Assembly: GCA_965202585.1 (NCBI GenBank)
Contig: OZ241827.1
Span: 57,660,001 to 57,724,000, forward strand
DNA from: Thalia democratica
Lineage: Eukaryota
Reading direction: 5' to 3'
Length of the DNA stretch: 64,000 nt
Positions 12,601 to 24,600 of this stretch are shown piece by piece. The notes under the pieces were generated by a model that was not told where the DNA came from, did no database searches, and saw only the letters and a list, made by a program, of their open reading frames with translations. A program made the position numbers and the translations under genes. How positions within the stretch are numbered: position 1 is the first letter of the stretch; the number at the start of each line of letters is the position of its first letter.

Positions 12601-15600
12601 TATACGTTTCTGCAGATTTGCAGAAACGTGCCAAACTATGTGCCTGGTTTCAAGTAATTTTGATACTTTATCTTTTGTTGACGTTATATCTGTATTAAAT
12701 TGTGGACGTTACTGCAATTGACATTTACAAAAATACTTTAATATAAAGATTGATCATTTGATGAAGTTATACGTTATATCGCTTCATTAAAAGTTCAGTT
12801 TTAACGTCTTGAAGTAGACAAAATAAAGTGAAAATATTTTTTTTTATTAAATCATAGCTGTTAAATATAGTGAGCACAAAAATAAAATAACTTTCTATTT
12901 TTATAATGCATAGAATTTTACTCATATGTAAAAGTTTAAACAGGTTTGACAAAACCATTTATAACTTAATAAAATTAAAATCTAGTATTTTTTAAACAAC
13001 GAGTCATAAGTATTAAGTATAAGATAATTTGCTTAATTTATAGTGTAAAGTAGAATAAATAATTTTAAAAGACAGGAACTATTGTAGTTTTAAAATTTTG
13101 TTACGACAGATGCTAGTATTAATCAAAAGTCTATCATATTGTTAAAATAAAATTTTTACTTGAAAAAGTAAAAAATAATAATACAACGGTAACTATCGGT
13201 TAAAATTAATAATTTTTAGTTAAAATAAACTAACAAATTTTCAGAAACAATCACGGAGATCCCAGCATCAAGCACAAACATTATAGTTTCCGGGGATGTT
13301 AGCTTCGGTAAATTTATTTAATTTTTATAAGCATTGTATCGAATGCAATTGAAATCTTATTAAAGCTTCTTGTCGTTATTTCATTACAAAAAAAAACGAC
13401 TTTATCGCTCACTTACATAACATATACACTTTATAATATTTTAACTTTTGTAACAGCTGTTTATTCATGCTCACTTAAAATTATTTTTAGCAGCAATAAG
13501 TAACTGTTAATAAAATAAAAAACGATCAATACAAATGTAAGCTTCTTGATTTTACAAATACATGACAACTATGTTCGGCTTACATAACAAACTACATTGC
13601 AGATATAGTATCTGAGGAGAAAAACCTCAGCTTGATAGAAGTGAACGAAGAAGGAAAACAACCGCTAGCTGATGCCGAGGAGCTGTCAAATTTGGACGAC
13701 TTTGTTTACTCTCTCGCAGGGCCGATTAAAGAAAACGCGAAAGTTGTAGTAAGTTTGCATTTTGTATTACTAATAAAATTCATTTACTTATGTGCTTTTT
13801 CATTATTCATTGTTCCAAACTTTTTTACTACGTAGTATATTATCTATAATTTTACCACTTTTAAATAAACACTATTTTCTAAGTAATTCAAAGTATCACT
13901 AGAATTTTGTGAAGTAATGTTTTTTTAGTAAATTTTAAATTTTTAAAAGCGTTAGTTTAAATTTAATTTCTGCTTGTTTTTCTTTTTAAAGTAGGTATAT
14001 GATAATAAACAAAATAAAAGTTTTTTTATCAAAAACTATAAAGCGTATGCTTATGACCTTACAAAGAATACATGAAAAATTTTTGATAAGTAAAAATAAA
14101 ACTTAGAATAAAGAAAACATCAAACTTGCTGTTTTGTCTTAAAAACTTACGAAAAATCTAAAGTATTACACTTAAAAACCTGTAACACTTTTAATAAACT
14201 AAAACTTTTTAATTTGTTACTTTTGAAATGACAAGTTAAAATTAAATTTTCTAAATTATAGGTAAAATATTTTAATAGAAATATTTTACCCTAAATCAGC
14301 GTATAACTATAAAGTTTAAAAAGCATTTTGAGTTTGCATTAACTTTATTACATAAATTTTTTAATGCAGTTTTACTGTCAATGATAATTAAAAAATAAAC
14401 AAAACAAGGTATTTATCTTAAAAGCTGTTGGTAGTAGTTAACAAAGTAGGTAATTTAACAAGATTTAACATATGAAATAAAGGTTTTTAGTGTGTTAGTT
14501 TTAAGTATTTTGCGCAAGAATTTCAAAAAACCCTAAGTTATTTATTAAAATAAAGCATACGTTTCTTGACAATAAGTAATATAATGTTTTGTATGTTGAG
14601 TGTAAAATTCCAAAAAGATTATCTAACAAAAACCAGTAATTGAATAATTCATACTTTGTACAAGCTCCCATAAGCCTTACGAAGTAAATTTATCAGTACA
14701 ATGGCCAAAATTTTAAAATATGGTTTTAAGCATAGTACGAGCTTGTATTATTTCATAATTATAGTTTATCATACTTTCTAAGACTAAAATATACACATAA
14801 ATTAAGTTTTACAGCTAAAATACATTAATAAATAAGTAACCACAAAAGGCAGAAATATAATTTACAAACTTTTATTAATATACATCAATAGCTATTTAAA
14901 CATAGATTATCGTCATACGAGAAAAAGTTATACTTTAATATTCTCAAAAAAAGATATGTTTAAACTTTTTGTACAATAAAAATCAAATGTGTTATATAAC
15001 AAGTAAAAGAAATAACTAGACTAACATTTACAAACTAGTGAAAAAAAATGTATACAGCAAATAAAAATCTTGCAGTGTAGCAAGTTGTTTCTGGTTATTT
15101 AAATTCTTTTAAAGTTTAGCAAAGTATCAAAGCAACTTAAAGCTGATTAAAGATAAAAACTTTGAAAACGTTAAGGTAAAACGACAGACGATGTTGGTCA
15201 ACAGAATGTGCCCGTTCATTCAGGGATGCAAGCATCCGCACGAGGGCGCCAGAACCATCAGATACAAATACTATAAACTGAAACCCGTCATCTGGTCGCT
15301 GCCCATTGCTACTGGCAACCAAGCTCCTTGTTCTGCCACTTGCGGCGATGGTGAGTCACACTTTTTACATTTTAAGGAATTTGCAGTTCGACGAATTAGC
15401 AACTAACTAGGTGTCTTTGAATTTAGTTATATTAGTTGTATTTGTTAATTAATTTCTCATCTGATAATTTTAATAAGAGTTCATTACTGTTTAGAGTTAA
15501 GATTTAATAGATAGATAAGATGTTTAGAGTTAAGATTGTAATATGTAATTTTATAAATTAAGACTTTGTTTTATCATTCAACAAAGTTTCAAAATTAAAA

Positions 15601-18600
15601 ACTCCAGTATTTTACATTTTTCATGTAACATTAATTACTTTGTGCAACTATGAGTTCTATAAAGTATATCTTTACATGATTGAAAAAAAAAGATAAAACT
15701 ATAACAAAAAATAAAAAAGTTAAAACCTTTAAAAAAAAATTTACATTATCATGTCCAAAAACCAGTAAGTTTTAGTAATAAATATTAACAATTATAGTAA
15801 TAACTCACAGTCTGGTGTTAAAATCCATTGCCAAGCTTAAAATAAACAAAAACTATTCAGAAGGGTACAAAGTTATTCTAGTTTCATTCTGTAAAGAGGT
15901 TAAAACACTGATGTAGGTTTATAATTCAATTTTCTGTTTTTATATTTAAATTTGAATAACAAAGAAAATCTCATAACCTTAAAACCTGAACTAGTTAAGT
16001 TCAATTTCTGTCTTCGGTTTCAATTAAAGAAAATTACTTTTCCAAAATGTTGCAAATGGTCAATGCGGTTTGTGAACTAAACTAATATAAAACTATTGTG
16101 GTTTGAATTAAGTTTTGTAAAGCTATCTTTTATGAACCTATAAAACCTACATAACATCTTCTGAGTTTAATTTAAGCAGAATATATTTCATAGAAAATAG
16201 ATTAGTTGGATTAAAGTGAAATCACGTTATATATTTTTTTATTAACTGTAGCATTTACTAAAGTTTCAATTTACCTAGTTTTCTCAACAAACTTATGTAA
16301 ACTTATGCTATTGCATAAAAACAAAACCTGTTTCAAATAAGTTTTCAATTTAAGTACATGTTAAAAAATGTTTTCTTTTATCTGTAAATTTTCCTCAGTT
16401 TTTGCTGAAAGTAAAGATTTTAGATTTAAAATTATATAATTTGCTTAACATAATTAGCAATTAATAATAAAAAAGTAAACTTTACCTGAAGTGCTATACT
16501 TAAAATGAGTAAATTAAGTCTATACACTACTTTACACTACTTTACTACATTTCAGGCTACAAAGAAATGAGGCCAGTGTGCAAGTCTTCGAACAGCTCTA
16601 AAGTTTTTCCAGATTCCAGATGCATTGAGGAGGGTTTGGGTGAGGCGAAAATTCGCCGGGTTAAATGCGTGCTACCCCTATGCAAGGAAGCGCGCCCCTC
16701 CATAAACGGCACCAGGTATATTTAAAGCTCTTTTCTTATTTTTAAATACTATAGTTTTAGACTTACTAGTTGTAAGGATTTCTTACTGTTACAACACTCT
16801 ATTTAGAAGTAGTTTGGTGAAAAGTAGTTGTGTTATTAATAGTATAAAAAAAAAGAACTTTATTAACAAAGTCTGTTTTTTGAGTGATTAAAGATGCTAA
16901 AGGTAAATAAAATATATTTTAAGTCATTTAATATAAACTAAAGCTTAACCACTTACCTTTAAAAATTAACAAAATGTTCTATTTCAAATTTAAAATATTA
17001 TTTATTTCAAATTTCTATTTTTATGAAAGTGCCTAAATATTTTAAACTGAAAAGATTTCAAGATTTAATTTTTTTATATTTTACTTAAACGTTTTTAAAA
17101 AGTATACAGTTAAGCAATTTGACATAATAGTTATTTATCAATTTTTCACAACAGGTTTTACAAGTACCCAGAGCAACACTACGAATACTCGAGCATACAC
17201 ACGTGAGCTATTTTTCAATTACTCTTACCGCTAGGGCGTGCTACAGGACTAAAAATACAAAACAGATAAATTACTTGCTCTTACGTGTAATCGTTTTATT
17301 TATTCGCTCTATGACTAAAGACTCAATTTTGTAGCTGGAGGACGACCGAGAAGGGAGCGTGCAGCGTGAGTTGCGGGAACGGGACTCTGCAGAGGACGAT
17401 CAGGTGCGTTGAGGAGAAGTACAACGGAGATGTGATCAGGATCCATGAGGACGAGTCGGAGTGCGGGAACTTTGTGAAGCCGGAAAGCGTCGAAGCGTGC
17501 AACACGTTCGAGTGCCCGAAGTGGATCGTTGGAAACTGGTCCGATGTAAGTTGACTGGTTTTTTTAAACACATTATTTTTAAGATAAGATAGTTTTAAAA
17601 AACTAAAAAACAAAATTTATTATAAAATCATTGGCTTAATACTATTTTTCAATACTAATGAAGAAAATAAAAATTTGTTATTTATTACTTAAATTGTATG
17701 TAATAAGATAGTCTTGAATAACCACAAGCCTTTTTCTAGATACTCTATTGACACAGATCCTGTTTTTTATTTAACTTATTCACTTAAATGAACAGTGTAG
17801 TGTTAGTTGCGGTAGTGGAGTGCGAAATAGGTACATCATATGCGACAACAGAGCGACTCCTACAATAAATTGTGACACAAGACGACAACCCAACACTGTG
17901 CTGGAGTGCAACAAAGTCTGCAAGAAGGGTTAGTTTTTTCTAGAATTTTGTAAAATTATGCTTTTTGAACCATGTTTACAGATTCGATGAGTCACAAACT
18001 TTATTATAATTTCGATAAGTCTAACTTCTCATTTAAATGTAAGTTTTAAAATTAACAAGTATTTTGCTTTCAATATAAATAATGGTACTTCAATATAAAG
18101 TTTAAATATACAAACGTTATTTTAACTAGAAAATATTCTAGGCAATCAATTAGCTGAAAGTAACAAAGCTTAATTGTTAACTTTGTTTTTATGACGTATT
18201 ATTGCGGATGTAAAGCTGGCCTAATTGAGTGGAAAATGTTATAAATTCGTTTTTTTTTACCTTTCTTTCAGTGATACCTTATTATGGTTATTGAAAAAGC
18301 TAAGCTGTTGTTAGTTTTTGAAGATAATTTAAAAGTTTGTTGAAATTGACATAGCAAATCTTTTCCACTACAGCAAATAAAATGATTTTTCCCAGGTAAG
18401 AACGGCAGGAAAAAAAATCAGAAAACAAAATTAAAGAAAATGAAACAGAAAAAACCCTCAAATGTTGTGAAGTTCACCCCAGTTGCCAAGTAAGTTTTAA
18501 AGTTACTTTAGTTTTACTAAGTTGATAAATCTTTGAACATACTTTCAAAATATATGATTGAAGTTAAGTTTTTTTTAGCTTGACTATTTTATTATTCAAA

Positions 18601-21600
18601 AGTTAAACTAATCTACTCGTAACACTCTTTACTAACTGTGTTTCATTGAGATAACTTTTATTTTTTATTAGATTTTTTTTTTATCAAAGTTCCTTAACTT
18701 AAGTCAGTTCTGACGAGCTAACTTTCAAATACTAAAAACCTCAGCACTTTTGCTGATGCCAAACTATAATTTTGTTACTAAACACTTTACACAATTATAC
18801 TAGCAAACAGCTTTATCAAAACAGGTGGAAGGCGAGGGAGTGGAGCGCATGTTCGAAATCTTGCGGGATGGGAGGATTCAGGACGAGGAGGGTGGAATGC
18901 GTGGAGGAGGGGATCACTAAAGAGGAGGAATTGTACAAGAGCGAACCCAGGTGCAGGGGACCCGCTCCCGTTCACACCGAGGTTTGCGTTTGATTAGAAA
19001 AGAATTAAGTAGGTTAAGTTTTTGTGATTGCTTATGATATTGAAAATCTAGTGGCGACTTTAAAAGAAAATATTGAAAACTAAAGTATCAGGGATGAGAA
19101 TGCGGTAAATAATTTTTTAAGAAATAATGTACTTTTAGTAAACGTAGTGTATTCAAAATGACAGAACTAACAATTATATTAAATTATAAATGTTACCTAT
19201 TTTTATTTTATATACTTGAGCCAGTTTAATCTTTTCTCGAATTATGTTTACAGTTTTGAATAACTTGTTTTAGTATTTTTTGCTTGCTCTTTTTCAAAAT
19301 TTTATAGATTTAGAACTTTAATTTTGTCTTTGTTTTACTTTGCTAATTTAAAAGTGTTTTCTTTTTATTTTTTATTTTCATTACTAAACTTAACAATATG
19401 TTACAATAAATTAAATTTATTTCAAAAAAATTCAAATATATGTAATTTTAAAAAGTAGCATGTAAACTTAATTTTAAGAAAGTCGTATGTAAATTTAAAA
19501 CGAACAAAGTATTTTGACTGATTTTATTAAATAATATATCAGATAAGCTCAAAAACTTACCTTTGTGCACACTATATATTCTTTATAAAGAATTCAATCT
19601 AGTTCTGCAACAAATTGATAAAAAAAATTTTTGCAACGAATTTTTCCCATTGTTAAGGAATAACATGTTAAACTGAACTTAAAAAGCCATCCGAGTTTGA
19701 TTTTGGATTATCTGTTGCGATAAGAGTAAATACTCCAAATGTTTCTTTCGTGTTGCAGTTGGGTTGTGACCTTTTGATTAAACAAACTACAGTTTGTAAT
19801 GTTTGCTTGGGAGATTGTTGGCTTTGTAGTTTGTGTAAGACCGGTTTTTAAACGAGGGCGATTTTACAAACATCACAAAGCCGAAAAAGGGCTTCGCTTA
19901 AATCGCTCAAATGTTTTTTTAAAGATTACTTTGATGCTACCTATTGTAGTCTGAATTTAACTGAATTACTTTTTTAGTCGAAAGATAAATTCAAAGTGAA
20001 AAAAAAAATTATTGTTAAATTGTTTTCCTTTAGTTTTTTATCTAAACAATCATTGAAATTTATTTACAAAAGAAAAGTTGTACAACGTTAATACTTGCAG
20101 AAATGCTTTTTGGGTTTGTGCCCCTTCGACACGCATCGGCGGGTGAATGAGGCGATGGGATCGCCGATATCGGTTGTCAGGGTGATCGAGAAAGAGGTGG
20201 TGGTCGTCAAGGAGGAGTTTGTGTGGAGATTTGTCAAGTGGACAAGCTGCAGCGTCACTTGTGGATTTGGTGAGTTTTAAAAATTTACAAGTTTCAAATA
20301 CACAGATTTGTCTAAGTTTGTTCTAAAAACTCCTAACTGAATCATAGTTTTATTTTTTATGTTAAAGTTATTAAGTATGTTAGTATTATTAGTATAGAAG
20401 TTATACATGTAGTATGTAAAACCCAAGTAAAATTTGCGGGTATTTAAAAAGATAGTACACATACGGCTATTGTTATCTTATTATAGTATTGTTCTATGCT
20501 GTTTTTATGTATTTTATTTACAAATTTATAAATGTTACTAGATTCTGTGGACTGGTGTTCTGTAAAATTTAGTCAGTAAAATATAAAAACATTTTAGTAT
20601 TGTTCGCGTGCAAGCTACGCGTGTTACTAGTTAAAATATTTATCAGTAATCTTCTGTAAGCTAAAACTTAATTCTCACCTAATTCTTATGGAATGCGAAC
20701 TAGTTCTTTTTGCCACCAAATATAAAATATCTCTGCCTGTGTATTTTTGAATAATTGCACAACTATTTATTTACAACCAATAAAAATAAAATAAAATGTA
20801 AAAAGTATGATTACGTGTAAATATTTTATAATCAACACGAATTTGAAAAACATTTTGTTAAATACTAGTCGACAATCAAAAACTTACGTATCCATTTTTA
20901 AATATCAACTCAAAATAAAAATTTTTTAATTCTAATTTGATTAATATTATTATTTTAAAAAGTTTAGGATGTAACAAAAAACTCTTAATATAAAGTAAGT
21001 ATGTTATATGTATGCACACAATAGTTAATTACTTATGTTTATAAAAATTCAACTTCAAAAAGCGTAAACTAATTATACCTAAATAGTTCACACTCTAATT
21101 AATTAAGATTGATAAGAAAACAACAAAATTGTATTTTAACAATCTCTTTTTAATTTTAAAATGTTTGATATTTTTAACTGTCGCTTTTTAGATTTTTTCA
21201 GGTTAAGATAAAACACGTGTTTTAATTACTTAAAATTAACTTATGGTATAAAGTTTAGATTTTATAAATCTGCTTAGTAGTTGAAATAACCAGGCAAAAA
21301 ATTCGTTTGATCTTGAGTTTATTTCAATCGTTAATCATCACACTATCTGAATAAAATTAAATGTTAATTAAAATAAACTCGATGTGTAGCATACAGCTTA
21401 GCTTGCTAATTTTTATCACACATTAAAAAAAGCATTTTAGAAGATTAAACATTAATAGCTTAATTAGCTGCCATAAAGTTACTTTTAACTTTTAAATTAC
21501 CTTGATTGTTTACTTTCTAATTTCATATTTAAAAAATAATTAATAATGCTGATAGATTAATTATATATTTTTATAGATGTAGTATTTTATTTTCTACTTT

Positions 21601-24600
21601 GTAAATTTCTACATGTTGAGATAACCTTAAACTAAGTAAGCTTTATAGCATATTTTAACTATCTTTAAACTTTTTACTAATACTTATTTAATCAGAAATA
21701 CGTGTATAACTTATAGCATTAAGTAAACACTTGTAACCTCTAAAAAATTTTTCTACCAAAATTTAATTTTGATAATATGGCCAAAAATTACTCTTTTAAG
21801 TTGGTTTAAGAGAAAAATAAAAGTAACGCATCTTTTAATAGCTTTATTTACTCTAAATATTTCTATCCTAAAAATATTTTTTGCTGTTCTATAAAAAAAT
21901 ATAATTTTTATTTAAGCTTGTTATAAAGGCTAGTTTTGAAATTTATATATAAACATACTTTGATTTTATGTAAATTTAAATACACAATAAAACATACTAT
22001 AAGAAATTTAGATACAATTTTTACTTATAACGTAAAATAAAGTTTATTGCGCCATTTCGTGTAAAAAAGGCAAAAAGCCAGATTTTTTTCTAACAGCCGA
22101 CAAATTATACAATTAGCTCTTTTTGTGCACGCCATTACCTTTTGTCTGTACCCAACTTTGCGTGTCCAGACACCAAATTGTCCACTTTGGCGTTTGCACT
22201 TTAGCACAATTTCAGACAAACACTCCCCGGCAACGTGAAATTAAAACCTTAGTTTAAGGGCTTAGAGCGGGCGAAAAGGGATTTACAGATATTCGAAAAC
22301 GTTTGTCGTTCGGACAAATTGGCGTTGTTGGCGGCATGGAGCAAGGCAATTACGAGCGGATAATTCGATACTTTCGGCACAACTCGATACGCTGGCACCT
22401 GTTTGTTGTTGGGCCGGCACCTGCAAAAATACCTCCATCGTATCGGGTTGCAATTACATCGCGGCTTTGATCCGACTTTAAAAGGATGAAGCCCATAACC
22501 TGTTTTCATACCGTAAAAGTATGCTAGTAATAACGATGAATTGACACTGTCAACACAATTTTACTTGGACATTGAAGGATTTATATGAAATCACAGCGTT
22601 ATTAAAAGTTTTTGTTTGTAAACAGCGCATTACAAAAGTTGTGTTTTTCTGTGAGCATTCATTGGGCTGTTAAAAAAATACTAAATATTTTTTATACAAA
22701 TATTAGAGTTTAAAATAGTGTTTAAATAAATATTTTTTTTTATATTTTCATAGGAATGTCCGTATCAATACCGTTCTGCTACGACAACCTTACAAATCGC
22801 CAGGCAGCAGACAGCAGATGCGATCGATCGAAACATCCCCTTCCGAAGCTGGCCACCTGCAAGAGGGACCCCTGTCCCGTTCCATCCAAAACTGAAAACG
22901 AGACCAGGTAACTTTTATATGCGTTGAATTTATTATTTGATGGCGGTTTTTCTGTTTTTTAAAGCAAAATTGCATGAGAAATGTTAGTGAAAGGTTTACT
23001 GGGTTGCCTGTAAAAATTGACAATTGGTAAAATATGACATAATTTGTTGTAGAAGTGTTCTGATGGAAACAAAAGAGCCGTGTAATTGGCCTGTTTTCAC
23101 CACGCACTGCTTAAATAACAGTATTGAGGTATCATGTATCACTCTTAACCTTACTAAAATTAAATTAGCTATCGTTACGATCAAACTAAGTCAAGTGAAA
23201 CGCGATTGAATCGATAATAGACAAGGGAAAAGCAACACAAATATTTTTTAAAATAGTAACTCAAAACCTAAATAGTGAGAATAAACCATGTAAAATCAAG
23301 TTGAAATATCTTAGTTTGAAAAAATCCTTGGTATTTATCAAAATTTCAAACAAATATTGTATTCAGCTAAGTTTGTAAATTGATGAACAAAGTGTAAAAC
23401 AAAGCTTATTAAGATTATTGAACAAACATTTCTAAAAGTTTCTTCATTATTTACTCAACTTGTATTATAAGTTTACTAACTTTTAAGCTTGGTAAAATAT
23501 AGGCGTTAATATGCTTGAGTAGAGCTTCTTTGATCAGAGCTTTTAACTCTTATGATTGATGTTGTTGAGATCTTATCTCGCTCCTTTAGAGACTCTTATC
23601 GAGCGGCTCTAATACGTAAGAAGCTGTCAAAGCCAAGAGGAGTGCAAAACAGGTGAAATTCAATCACTCAAAACTTTTCTCAAGCACCCTTTTGAAGTGT
23701 TGCACCTCAATGTATTCATGCCTCGAAACAATACCTTTCATGTAGGGAAATTAGATATCATTTGTTCTGCAAACAGCAGGGATAAAAGGGTTCTTTTGAA
23801 ACTTCTTTAACTTGAGTCAGCTGATAAGATTTAAAAAGCTTCCAGTGATGTTCTGAAGGCGACCTAAAATACATTTGAAGTTTATATTTTGAATATTACG
23901 TTTTGCATCAATTTGTCTGCTTCTTAATGTTTATTTTTACACTTAAAATTTCAAACATTTAAGTTTATTTTGAATTACGTAACCAATTATAAAAGTTCTC
24001 AACTACAATATTTTTGTTAATCCTTAACAAGAGGCTTAATTTTTAACTTAAAGCGTTTCGATACCAAGTTCTCAACTTTGATTAAGAACAATAAGTTTTT
24101 AGAAAAATATTGTAAACATTGAAAAGTTTATATTCATAATGCCCTTAATTGACTTACTTAATAAAAACATTTGGAACAAACTATCATTTTTAGTTATACA
24201 GTAGATATTTTAATAAGTAGTTAAAACTTTTCAACAAAACAAAAAACTTTTGCAAATTTATAAAACTAAAACGACAACCGTTTTGAGTAAATAATTAACA
24301 CTTTTATTTAAAAATCTATAATGTTAAAAGAAGGGATTGTTGTAATATAATCGAACTACTTTCGTACATAAACTACTAATTTTGTTTTATAATTCTTATA
24401 TAAAACTAAGACAGCTATGTACATAGAATACTTCTAAAAACACTACACAGAAGTATTTTGTAAACAAAAGCTTCTTTATAGTTCAACAACACGATTAAAA
24501 CTTTATGAATTGTTTTAGACGAAAAACCGTAAAAAAATAACATTATTTGTAGTACAGGTAAATAGCGAACATGAGATAACTTTCCATGTAAAGGAAAAAG

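Noticed and set aside
15120-15175. Possible second dual-use site (ttaag|GTAAAA) at exon 9
   Set aside because: The upstream candidate exon contains an in-frame TAA, unlike the 14a/14b case.
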